A stretch of DNA of 62,864 nt, filler included, from Deltaproteobacteria bacterium (GTDB lineage Bacteria > JACQOV01): NCBI GenBank assembly GCA_016202395.1. It is 5 parts of 5 records of this genome, joined end to end, with 100 filler letters (N's around TTAATTAATTAA, not from the genome) between each part and the next. Parts side by side here need not be neighbours in the genome. Positions count along the whole stretch, not along the records: positions 15,615 to 38,409 come from JACQOV010000003.1; 4 more parts are not named here. One strand, 5' to 3'. Below, one piece after another: positions 17,586-28,438 of this stretch (its first letter is position 1; each line of letters begins with the position of its first letter). A model generated the notes under the pieces. It ran no database searches, was not told the origin of the DNA, and saw nothing but the letters and a program-made list of their open reading frames with translations. The position numbers were made by a program, and so were the translations under genes.

Positions 17586-19190
17586 CTACGTTTTAAGCGC
17601 TAAGGATAGCACGTTCTTCCGTAAAATTGCAGAAGCCGTCAAAACCCCTCCGAACAATGCCCCTGTAACTCCCGCCGTCGTGATATCCTGACCCGTGAGA
17701 TAAAGATGGCGAATGGGGGTTTGAGGACGCAGAAATTTTTGAGAAAAACGGGAAGGGGTGTGTTGTAATCCATAAATGGCCCCTCCTACATGATTAGTAA
17801 AATGTTCTGTCGATAGGGGGGTCGATAATTCATAATAATCGACTTTCCCCTGTACTTGTGGAACATATCGATAGAGCTGTTCCAACAGGCGCTCCGCGAG
17901 TTGCTGTTTGTAACTGTCGTATTTCGCATCACGATGCTGCCACGCGGTCCCTTTCCATGGAGCAAACCATTCATAAGGAGTAAAACCGATAATCTCTATT
18001 GTCGATTTTCCAGGATAACGAGTTTGAAACGTGGGATCCTTTTCCGAAGGGAATGAGATGTAGGTGATCGGTAGCGGGCTTGAAGGATCTTTGAGATAAC
18101 GGGATAAATTCTCTTCGTGACGATGATCGGGATAGATCCACAAATTGGAGGATCGGAGATTTAACTCTTTGCCGGTATGCGCAAGTCCTGCGTAAAGGCA
18201 GATGTGACTCCAAGAGGTTTCAACTTGTTCGACTTTACAATCGAGTTCGTGTTTTCTCATAACCTCTACAGGAAGGAGTCGAGTAAAAGTATTGATCAGC
18301 CCTGCATCGCTAACAATCTCTTTTGCTCGAATGACACGGCCATCTTTCATTTGAACACCAACGGCACGATCCTTCTCCACCAAGATTTTGGAGACCTCCG
18401 CACGAACCAAAATCTTTCCTCCAACTCGGTCAATGAGAGGAGCAATCGATGCAGCAATTTGTGAACTTCCCCCTACCGGATAGGCCCCTCCATTGAAATA
18501 ATGATGAGCGACCATTGCGTGAATCGCGAAGCTGCTCAAGGCGGGAGGCAAACCGTAGTCGCCGTATTGAGCGGTTAAAACCCCAATCAATTCTTGGTTT
18601 CGCGTAATCCCTTCGAGAACCTCTCGAGTGGTTTTAGAGGCATGTTTGAGGAAAGAGGCGCGCAAAACTCCTCCGAACAACTTCGAAGGGAGAGAAGGGA
18701 TAGATTTATCCAAAAAATAGAGCCGGGCTGAACCGACACAATCCCTCACCAATTCCAAATAGCGATCGATGGCAGAGGCCTCTTGAGGGAAATACGATTT
18801 CATCTTTTCACGAAAACGCTCTCTCCCTGCAACAAAATCGTAAACTTTGTCCCCCATGTGGATTCGGTCATAAACTTCATCCATCTCCGACCATTGAAGT
18901 TTGCCATCCGTGATGTGATCAAAGAGCCTACGCAATAACGAATGGGGACGATGAACCTCCCCGATATAATGGAGTCCCACATCCCATTCATAGTCAGGGC
19001 GCTCAAAAACATGGGTGAATCCTCCGGCCACGTAATGGCGTTCCAAAACAAATACTTTTTTATGAGCGTGCTTGGCTAACAAAGCCGCAACGGCGAGCCC
19101 TCCAATCCCTGAGCCAATCACGATGACATCGGGATTTTCATCTCCGGAATAGCGTTTGTACGATTCTCCCACTTTTAAGGCCATTGGCAT
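17586..19190 (-). CDS. FAD-dependent CrtI/CrtISO-family oxidoreductase, retinol saturase (RetSat)-like
   Basis: DVIVIGSGIGGL, AGGFTHVF..EWDVGLHYIG, DHITDGKLQW, GAYPVGGSS, STPLST, LRPQTPIRHLYLTGQDI. Confidence 0.85.
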   Translation of the reverse strand: MPMALKVGESYKRYSGDENPDVIVIGSGIGGLAVAALLAKHAHKKVFVLERHYVAGGFTHVFERPDYEWDVGLHYIGEVHRPHSLLRRLFDHITDGKLQWSEMDEVYDRIHMGDKVYDFVAGRERFREKMKSYFPQEASAIDRYLELVRDCVGSARLYFLDKSIPSLPSKLFGGVLRASFLKHASKTTREVLEGITRNQELIGVLTAQYGDYGLPPALSSFAIHAMVAHHYFNGGAYPVGGSSQIAASIAPLIDRVGGKILVRAEVSKILVEKDRAVGVQMKDGRVIRAKEIVSDAGLINTFTRLLPVEVMRKHELDCKVEQVETSWSHICLYAGLAHTGKELNLRSSNLWIYPDHRHEENLSRYLKDPSSPLPITYISFPSEKDPTFQTRYPGKSTIEIIGFTPYEWFAPWKGTAWQHRDAKYDSYKQQLAERLLEQLYRYVPQVQGKVDYYELSTPLSTEHFTNHVGGAIYGLQHTPSRFSQKFLRPQTPIRHLYLTGQDITTAGVTGALFGGVLTASAILRKNVLSLALKT

Positions 19191-19199
19191 CCCTCCTGT

Positions 19200-20006
19200 T
19201 TAAGAAATAAGATTGAATTGTCTCTTAAGGACGTAAGAGAAAATCTTCCCAGGGATTACAGATTTTAGCCGCGGAATCCAAACAGCATCTCTCCCGACGC
19301 GATATCGTAATTTCGGATGTTTTGTTTCCGTAATCCGGGCAATGAGTTGAGCTACCTGAGAAGGATCTTCCCCCGATTCGACCTCTTTCTGAAAAGCCCT
19401 CTCCACCTTCTCACGAATGGAGTCGTAGGCCCTGTTGAGTTGATTTCCCACCTCGACCGAATTGGCAATATTGGTCTTAAAAAAACTGGGCTCAATAATT
19501 GAGACTTGGATATGAAATTGATCCACCTCCAACCGAAGGGATTCTGTAAATCCATCCAAAGCAAACTTACTAGCCACATAAAAGGCTGCACAGGGGACTC
19601 CGATTAAACCCGCCAGAGAACCGACATTGATAATACGCCCCGAATTTTGTCCCCTCATGATAGGGAGGACAGCCTGTGTTACTCGAACCACTCCAAAGAA
19701 GTTCGTTGCAAAGAGAGCTTCGGACTGCCCAATTGAAGTCTCTTCAACGAAACCTCCTAAGCCATACCCCGCGTTGTTGATAAGTACATCGATCCGTCCT
19801 GCTCTTTCCATCACCTGTTTGACACACTGGCGCACGGAGTCCTCGGAGCGGACATCCAGAGCCAACATTTCGATACCATGGATATCCAGGGATTCTTTGC
19901 GGCTCGTACCAAAGACGCGATACCCCTTGGGAACCAGCTGTTCCGCAGTCAATTTTCCAAATCCCGATGAGGCCCCCGTAATTAAAACTACTTTTGCATG
20001 ATCCAT
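19200..20006 (-). CDS. Classical short-chain dehydrogenase/reductase
   Basis: TGASSGFG, NNAG, YVASK catalytic motif, IEPS. Confidence 0.92.
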   Translation of the reverse strand: MDHAKVVLITGASSGFGKLTAEQLVPKGYRVFGTSRKESLDIHGIEMLALDVRSEDSVRQCVKQVMERAGRIDVLINNAGYGLGGFVEETSIGQSEALFATNFFGVVRVTQAVLPIMRGQNSGRIINVGSLAGLIGVPCAAFYVASKFALDGFTESLRLEVDQFHIQVSIIEPSFFKTNIANSVEVGNQLNRAYDSIREKVERAFQKEVESGEDPSQVAQLIARITETKHPKLRYRVGRDAVWIPRLKSVIPGKIFSYVLKRQFNLIS

Positions 20007-20019
20007 ATTTTGATCCCTT

Positions 20020-20796
20020 CTATTCTACTTTTAATGAAATTACCTCAATAATCATTTCGGGAATGCTAGGACCTATTGACCCCTCAAACTTTATAAACCG
20101 ATGAGGAGATTCTCTTGTAAACCAGAAGTAGTAGCTTGGGATAAATCGGTTCGCAACAAAGGAGGTTACGGAGCCCTGCACAATATCTCGAGCATCCGGA
20201 GACATCTTAACACGATAGCATTCCCATTCCCCTGCCGGAATCTTCACCCGTTCCACCCCATCGACCTCGAGATGCATCTGATTGACAATGAAAAAAGAGG
20301 AGGCCGCGTGAAAAGAAATCTTTTGATCCGAATTTTGTAGAACCCCTCGCAGTTCAAAACCAGAATAACCCGGAAGGTAAGTGTCCGAAGGATAAATGGC
20401 GCGAAAGTCCAAACCCGAAAGATCTTGGAAGAGTATCTGCTTCCCTTCGATCCCCCACATGGTTCTTTTTTGATGGATAGGGATAAGCTTTTCTTTAGCT
20501 CCATAAGTCGATTCCGTGAAAATCTTTATCCCGTTCAAGTATTTGACCTTCTCGGTAATCACAATAGAAGGAGACCCATGACCTATTGATTTTTGGATGA
20601 TCGTTTCTCCTATTCCCCGATACATATCAGCTTGTGCTCCTCTTTCGTTCCCTTTTTCCTTCAATTCTATTTTGAATTGATAGATCTCTTTTTCTGAGAC
20701 CATCTGTGGAACCGGGAGTGGTTCCGCAAAAACGTTTGCAAGACAACTCCAAAAAATAAAAAACCCGATCTTATATCGTCTTTTTGTGATTTTCAT
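20020..20796 (-). CDS. Exported hypothetical protein, DUF3108-like
   Basis: Signal peptide; V.GVERVKIPAGEWECYRVKM motif; YFWFT..PHRFIKFEG. Confidence 0.6.
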   Translation of the reverse strand: MKITKRRYKIGFFIFWSCLANVFAEPLPVPQMVSEKEIYQFKIELKEKGNERGAQADMYRGIGETIIQKSIGHGSPSIVITEKVKYLNGIKIFTESTYGAKEKLIPIHQKRTMWGIEGKQILFQDLSGLDFRAIYPSDTYLPGYSGFELRGVLQNSDQKISFHAASSFFIVNQMHLEVDGVERVKIPAGEWECYRVKMSPDARDIVQGSVTSFVANRFIPSYYFWFTRESPHRFIKFEGSIGPSIPEMIIEVISLKVE

Positions 20797-20807
20797 AAAT
20801 CCCCTTT

Positions 20808-22235
20808 CTATTCGTTCTCACCAAAAAATTGACCATGAAAACCAAATGGGATGGGATGAGAGACGGGGGCTCTTCCAATCTCTTCCAAAGTTCTCGCATC
20901 CAGAATGAGTAAAAATGATCTTTCTCTCTTGGAGTCGAGAACAATCGACAACAGAATTCCCTCTCCTTCACTTCGACTCTGAGGGAGGGGAACAAAAACA
21001 GGCTCTCCTGGGTAACAGCCCTCTTCCCACCAGGTCTGCGCTTCTTGAGATGAGACGTCCAATCTTACTAATTGATTGTAAAAATCCTCCTGTGATTTCT
21101 CCCGAACTCCCACTCCATAAACCCATCTGTATTCTTGGGTGTTACAACGGGAGTAATGGATACGAGGAAGCTCTATCGCTTCACGAGAGCGAAATTCCTC
21201 GTTTGCGACATTTCCGTTTAAAGGAATTCGGTATCGTCGGAATAATGTCTTAGCGAATTCTCCCTTATGAACTTCCCGAACTGAATCCAAGTAAAGTTGG
21301 TTCATAACGGAGGCATCGGGATAACCCGAAATATCCATAAATATTTCCCTCCCTCTTTCGAAAGCATTGATATGATGAAAAGAAAAGAAGGCTTCGGTCT
21401 CTGAAACCTTGAGCACTTTTCCATCATTCTTGTCTATGATCCAGAAGCGAGTCCCTCTCTCGGGTGCCCACCTGAAATTCTCAATGAACGGTTTTCCACT
21501 CAAAACGATTTGAATAGGATTAACGACGAGAGGAAATTCCGCAAGAATCAAAAAATGCTCCGTCATCCCAAAACTATGAATGTAGGCCGGCTCTTTGACG
21601 GGGATAGAACAAGTGATCACTCTTTTTTGCGTATCCTCTGGAATCTGATAAAAATGATAGGTGCAAGTCCGAGAAAATTGAAGCCCATAATTTACAAACG
21701 ACTTTTGCCGTACGTCGTAATGAGGATGAGCTGTCGACATACATCGAGAAGAAATACCATAGTCAAAAACTCCAGTGGTTTCTAGTGTGTTGATATCAAA
21801 TTCAACAGCCATGGGGGCTTCCGTCATTGCAATAAACCGCTGGGCAATTTGGGTCACATTGACATTCGCATTGTCTGTAAATTCTGTGAAAAAGAGGGAA
21901 CCCACCCTTCCTAAAAGTGAACGACACGGATCGGTAGCAAACTCCCGATAATGAATTTTTCCTGTCTTTAAGGTTTTTTTGTAAGCCCGACTTTGGAGGT
22001 ATCGATTCGCGTAAGAGACTTTCCCATTCCTGAAAGAAAACTTGTGAAGCATCCCCAACCCATCAAACCAATGACGAAAATTGGCCTTCGCCGTTTCAAA
22101 ACGGGCCGGTCCATTGCGCACAAGCGTCCCGGAAATCCATTCTGGTATTTTTCCTTCCACGGGAAGAGAGTCCAACAGGACTTCATTTTCTAGTGTTCTA
22201 AATCCTAAGGAATATGGGCTGTTTTTTGTTTCCAT
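20808..22235 (-). CDS. Carotenoid cleavage oxygenase (RPE65/BCO family)
   Basis: VEGKIPEWISGTLVRNGP, HWFDGLGM, EFATDPC, four Fe-ligand His (AHPH, IHSF, FHHINAFE, GFHG), GEPVFVP; ATG 22235 after AAGGAG (alternative start 22259). Confidence 0.95.
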   Translation of the reverse strand: METKNSPYSLGFRTLENEVLLDSLPVEGKIPEWISGTLVRNGPARFETAKANFRHWFDGLGMLHKFSFRNGKVSYANRYLQSRAYKKTLKTGKIHYREFATDPCRSLLGRVGSLFFTEFTDNANVNVTQIAQRFIAMTEAPMAVEFDINTLETTGVFDYGISSRCMSTAHPHYDVRQKSFVNYGLQFSRTCTYHFYQIPEDTQKRVITCSIPVKEPAYIHSFGMTEHFLILAEFPLVVNPIQIVLSGKPFIENFRWAPERGTRFWIIDKNDGKVLKVSETEAFFSFHHINAFERGREIFMDISGYPDASVMNQLYLDSVREVHKGEFAKTLFRRYRIPLNGNVANEEFRSREAIELPRIHYSRCNTQEYRWVYGVGVREKSQEDFYNQLVRLDVSSQEAQTWWEEGCYPGEPVFVPLPQSRSEGEGILLSIVLDSKRERSFLLILDARTLEEIGRAPVSHPIPFGFHGQFFGENE

Positions 22236-22261
22236 GAGATTCTCCTTCTTTGTGTTCATGA

Positions 22262-22278
22262 TGTATACAGCGTATACT
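22262..22278. promoter_or_regulatory. Putative TetR operator 2
   Basis: tgtatacagcgtatact, a near copy of the palindrome at 22879-22895. Confidence 0.7.
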
Positions 22279-22294
22279 TCCCGCGCAAAAAAAA

Positions 22295-22879
22295 TTACCT
22301 CTCTAAACCATCCAATATCCGCTGGATAGAAGTTCGGTAGATTTTTTGAAAGTTTTTATCGTTTCGCTCTCCAAAATGCCCCAAGAGAAAAAGTGAAACT
22401 AAACCGTGACTTTGAGCCCAAAGAACCAAGGTCACTTCCATCGGTTCCCCCATTTTCAAAATGCCGGCTCGCATCGATTCTTGAACGCGATCCACCAAAA
22501 ATTGAAATGTAGCATAAGCTTTGTTCTGTATTTCTAGGGGGATTGACTCGCAACCCAACTGTTCTGGAGACATAAAAATCATTTGATAATAACGGGATTG
22601 TTCTAAAGCAAACCGAAGATAAGCCTCCCCTGTCCTGTGCAGTCGGACTTGGGGAGTTCTCCCCTCCAACGCCTGATGCAAATAGCTGCCAAAAATCCGA
22701 AATCCCTCCTCAACTAACTGAAATACAAGATCTTTCCTGTCCTTGAAATGCCGATAAAGAGCCATCGGGCTTAAGCCTACTTGAGCAGCGATCTTCCTCA
22801 TAGAGAGAGCCTTTAACCCTTGTTCGAGATAGATATCTCGAGCACATTCCAAAATGCGCTGGCGTCGCCTAGAATTCAT
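22295..22879 (-). CDS. TetR/AcrR family regulator (WHG-type C-terminus)
   Basis: LSMRKIAAQVGLSPMALYRHFKD HTH; LWAQSHGLVSL. Confidence 0.93.
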   Translation of the reverse strand: MNSRRRQRILECARDIYLEQGLKALSMRKIAAQVGLSPMALYRHFKDRKDLVFQLVEEGFRIFGSYLHQALEGRTPQVRLHRTGEAYLRFALEQSRYYQMIFMSPEQLGCESIPLEIQNKAYATFQFLVDRVQESMRAGILKMGEPMEVTLVLWAQSHGLVSLFLLGHFGERNDKNFQKIYRTSIQRILDGLER

Positions 22880-22915
22880 GTATACACTGTATACAAATTA
22901 CATCTTCTTTGTCAA
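22879..22915 (-). promoter_or_regulatory. tetR promoter overlapped by palindromic operator 1
   Basis: Minus strand TTGACA-18-TACAGT-6 nt-ATG; operator tgtatacactgtataca 22879-22895. Confidence 0.75.
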
Positions 22916-22921
22916 GAGGGG

Positions 22922-24412
22922 CTAAGTGCGGCCGAGGCGCTCCAACTCGCGGATAAAGAGATCCACCAGCTTGGGATCAAATTGAGTTCCTGAACAACGA
23001 CGGAGTTCTTCGACCGCCTCTTGCCGAGTCAAGGCTTTGCGGTAGACCCGGTTTTCTGTCATGACGGTGTAGCTATCGGCAATGGAGATAATTCGGGCTC
23101 CTAGCGGGATCTCCTCCCCTTTTAACTTATCCGGATATCCCTGACCGTTGTGCCATTCGTGATGGTGATAGACCATGGGGACGATATCTTTCAAAAAATG
23201 AATCGGCTCTAAGATCTCTTTGCTTTTAAGAGGATGCTCGTGAAACATCAGCAACTCTTCATCCGTTAAACTACCGGGTTTGTTCAATGAAGATTCCTTG
23301 ACGCCAATCTTTCCAATGTCGTGGAAGAGGCCCGCTTGTCGGATTTTTTCCACCTCCTCTTGAGGCAGTCCTAAAGCCTTCGCAACGATCCCCGCGTATC
23401 GAGAAACGCGCTCGGAGTGTCCACGCGTGTAAGGATCCTTCGCCTCCAGGGCCTTGCAAAGTCCCTCAATCGTTTCATTAAACGTCCGTTTCAAGTCCTC
23501 ATAAAGTCGCGCAATCTCGATGCCAGAGCTGACATGACCGACCAGGAGAGCCAATGCCTTCCTCTCCCCTTCCGTAAACTGACGCTGCGAATCGGTGGAA
23601 TACACAAAGGCCAAGCCAGTGACTTTATTTTTAACCCTGACAGGCAAGGCTAAAAAAGAACTCAATCTCCCTGGGGAGAGGTCCTTAAAATATTTTCCTA
23701 CAAAATCCCCATTCGCTAGAATTGGTTCTTGACGCTGCACCTCTCCTAATATCGCTTCTAAGTTTAATTGGGCCTCCGTCTGCTCCAACCATGGGAGCGA
23801 TTTTCCTTTCCATGACAAACGCGAGAAACTTCCCGACTCCTCCGATAACCAAAGGGAAACAGCCGCCGCATCGACCTCTTCCTGCATGGCCTCTAGAATC
23901 ATCTGAAGTAAAGTTTCTAAACTAACATCGGAACCGGAGGCTTCACTGATTTTATAAAAAGAAAGGGTCCTCTTGAGATGGATATTTTCTCGTTCCAGAT
24001 TTCGGATCGAAAGACCTCGCCGGATCGTCACCTCCAGCTCTTCCAGCTTGAATGGCTTCAGAACATAATCGAAGGCGCCATTCTTCATGGCCTCAATGGC
24101 TGTTTCCACCGTCCCAAAACCGGTCATCATAATGGAAACTAAATCCCCGTTGAACTCATGGATCTTCTCAAGAAGTTCCGTCCCTCTCATGTGAGGCATC
24201 TCCAGATCGATCAAAGCCACATCGAATCGATCGGATTTCAGTTTTTCGAGAGCTTCCACACCGTTGGAAACGCCGCTCACCTCAAACCCAGACCCCTGAA
24301 GAAACTCTGCCACCACTTCCCGGATCGAGGCCTCGTCATCGACCACTAAAACCTTCCCCCCAGAAGCAGGAGGTCGAAGTTTCTCTACTCTCTTGTTCCA
24401 AAATGCCGTCAC
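22922..24412 (-). CDS. Response regulator REC-GAF-HD-GYP (c-di-GMP phosphodiesterase)
   Basis: LVVDDE, DLEMP, KPF; TRGHSERV, FHDIGKIG, HHHEWHNGQGYP, GTQFDP; GTG start overlapping kinase stop. Confidence 0.92.
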   Translation of the reverse strand: MTAFWNKRVEKLRPPASGGKVLVVDDEASIREVVAEFLQGSGFEVSGVSNGVEALEKLKSDRFDVALIDLEMPHMRGTELLEKIHEFNGDLVSIMMTGFGTVETAIEAMKNGAFDYVLKPFKLEELEVTIRRGLSIRNLERENIHLKRTLSFYKISEASGSDVSLETLLQMILEAMQEEVDAAAVSLWLSEESGSFSRLSWKGKSLPWLEQTEAQLNLEAILGEVQRQEPILANGDFVGKYFKDLSPGRLSSFLALPVRVKNKVTGLAFVYSTDSQRQFTEGERKALALLVGHVSSGIEIARLYEDLKRTFNETIEGLCKALEAKDPYTRGHSERVSRYAGIVAKALGLPQEEVEKIRQAGLFHDIGKIGVKESSLNKPGSLTDEELLMFHEHPLKSKEILEPIHFLKDIVPMVYHHHEWHNGQGYPDKLKGEEIPLGARIISIADSYTVMTENRVYRKALTRQEAVEELRRCSGTQFDPKLVDLFIRELERLGRT

Positions 24413-25773
24413 GCCTCCTCCTTTTTCAACTCGATGGGAGAGGGAGGGAGATAAACTGTAAATTGAGTCCACTCCCCGGGCTCGCTCTCCACTTGAATTC
24501 GCCCTCCATGTTCAGTCACAATTTTCATCGCAATCGCAAGTCCCAGGCCGGTTCCTTTCCCCTCCTCCTTCGTTGTAAAAAACGGATCAAAGATTTTGGA
24601 AAGGATCTCTCGCGGAACTCCACACCCAGAATCTTTCACCTGAAAAACAGCCTCGCCATTTTCTGTTTGAAAGCTACGAATGGAAATTTCTCCATTTTTC
24701 TTGGTAGACATCGCGTCCTTGGCGTTGATGAACAGATTCACCGCCACTTGAGACAAAGCCCCTTTCGTCCCATAAATCCTGGGCAAGTGGGGACTCAGAT
24801 CGGTTCGAAGGGTGATCCCGGACCGGCGAATTTCAAATTCGGTAAAAGAGAGAGCCTCCTTTAAAACCTGATTTAAATCGATTTGAGATTTTCCCACCGG
24901 TGAAGAACGGGCAAAGGAGGTCAGACTGCGCGAAAGATCGGTGATCCGATCCACCCCCATCAATATCTTTTTTAACCGATCCATCCACTCGGGGCTAACC
25001 CCCCCCTGTTCTCCCTGAAGGATGGACATTTGAACGTAATTGGAAATCATCGTCAGGGGGTTGTTCAGTTCATGAGCCACACCCGCAGCCATTCGCCCCA
25101 AGGAACTGAGTTTCTCTGTTTGTTCCAAAACCTTCTCCGAGTTGGCCAGGCTCGCAGAGGCCTCCGCGAGTCGCTCGTAACTAGCTTTGAGTTGATGATA
25201 AGCCTCTTGGAGCTCGTCCCCTCTTTGGCGGAGAGCCTTTTCGCGATTGAGAATCCTATTCTTAAAGAGCGTTCCGATCGCTATCACCACCAGGAGCAAA
25301 GCGGTAATATAAGACATCATCGCAAACTCCAAAATTGGCGCGCCATAATGAAGAACTAAAAAAACGAAAATAGCGAGAACGGAGGCATAACTGGCATGGA
25401 GGGTATTATCCATCAGAGAGATTCCTAAAGCTTGAACAACAAAGACGAGAAGGAAAGGAGAGCGAGCCCCTCCGGTTAGAGCGCAAGCCAGTGCGATCAT
25501 CAAAGAGTCTAGGGTAATCGCAACTAAGGTTAATTTTTGAGGCCACCAACCTATGTAACAAGCGCCGTGCAAAAAAAAGGCAAAACCAACGGCGGCCGTA
25601 AAGAGGAAATAGAGAACGGATGGAATTGCAATCACACCCAATTGATCTAAAACAAGCGTGATGATAAACAGGGGAATAAGAGTGAGATAGCGAAGTTGAA
25701 CGCCCCACCAACGGGATGGGTCGATTACCTCCCCTTCAGACCTCTTGCCATGGAGATTTGAATTAAAGGGCAT
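24409..25773 (-). CDS. Membrane sensor histidine kinase
   Basis: Several N-terminal TM helices; AHELNNPL, NLFINAKDA, DSGCG, FDPFFTTK, GTGLGL. Confidence 0.93.
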   Translation of the reverse strand: MPFNSNLHGKRSEGEVIDPSRWWGVQLRYLTLIPLFIITLVLDQLGVIAIPSVLYFLFTAAVGFAFFLHGACYIGWWPQKLTLVAITLDSLMIALACALTGGARSPFLLVFVVQALGISLMDNTLHASYASVLAIFVFLVLHYGAPILEFAMMSYITALLLVVIAIGTLFKNRILNREKALRQRGDELQEAYHQLKASYERLAEASASLANSEKVLEQTEKLSSLGRMAAGVAHELNNPLTMISNYVQMSILQGEQGGVSPEWMDRLKKILMGVDRITDLSRSLTSFARSSPVGKSQIDLNQVLKEALSFTEFEIRRSGITLRTDLSPHLPRIYGTKGALSQVAVNLFINAKDAMSTKKNGEISIRSFQTENGEAVFQVKDSGCGVPREILSKIFDPFFTTKEEGKGTGLGLAIAMKIVTEHGGRIQVESEPGEWTQFTVYLPPSPIELKKEEA

Positions 25774-25833
25774 TCTAGGGTCCCCGACACTCTGGCAGGA
25801 ACACCCTAATTTACCATGTCGTAGACGACCCTG

Positions 25834-26100
25834 TCAAAAAACCATTTTGACGCTCTGCGTAATCAATAAAATCGCTTCACGGGCTCGCACTTCTGCGATT
25901 CCACCTGGAACCCGGATGCTTTTCTTTTCAGCGCCCACCGTATAACTCACAACTCCAGCGCGAAGGGTGGTGAGAAAAGGGGTATGCCCCACCAGAACAC
26001 CAAATTCTCCTAAGGCGCCTGGAGCGGTAACCGATTCCACCTCTTCGTTCACCTGAACGCCTTGCGGCGAAACTATTTTCAGTAAAAATTTTCCAGCCAT
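25834..26100 (-). CDS. atpC: ATP synthase F1 epsilon subunit, short form
   Basis: LKIVSP, APGALGEFGVLVGHTPFLT, GGIAEV; only 88 aa. Confidence 0.9.
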   Translation of the reverse strand: MAGKFLLKIVSPQGVQVNEEVESVTAPGALGEFGVLVGHTPFLTTLRAGVVSYTVGAEKKSIRVPGGIAEVRAREAILLITQSVKMVF

Positions 26101-26151
26101 TTTATTACCCTCGCAAACGAACGAAGTATAGCGGCATTTATTGCGTTCGCC

Positions 26152-28436
<2,285 letters not shown>

Positions 28437-28438
28437 AA

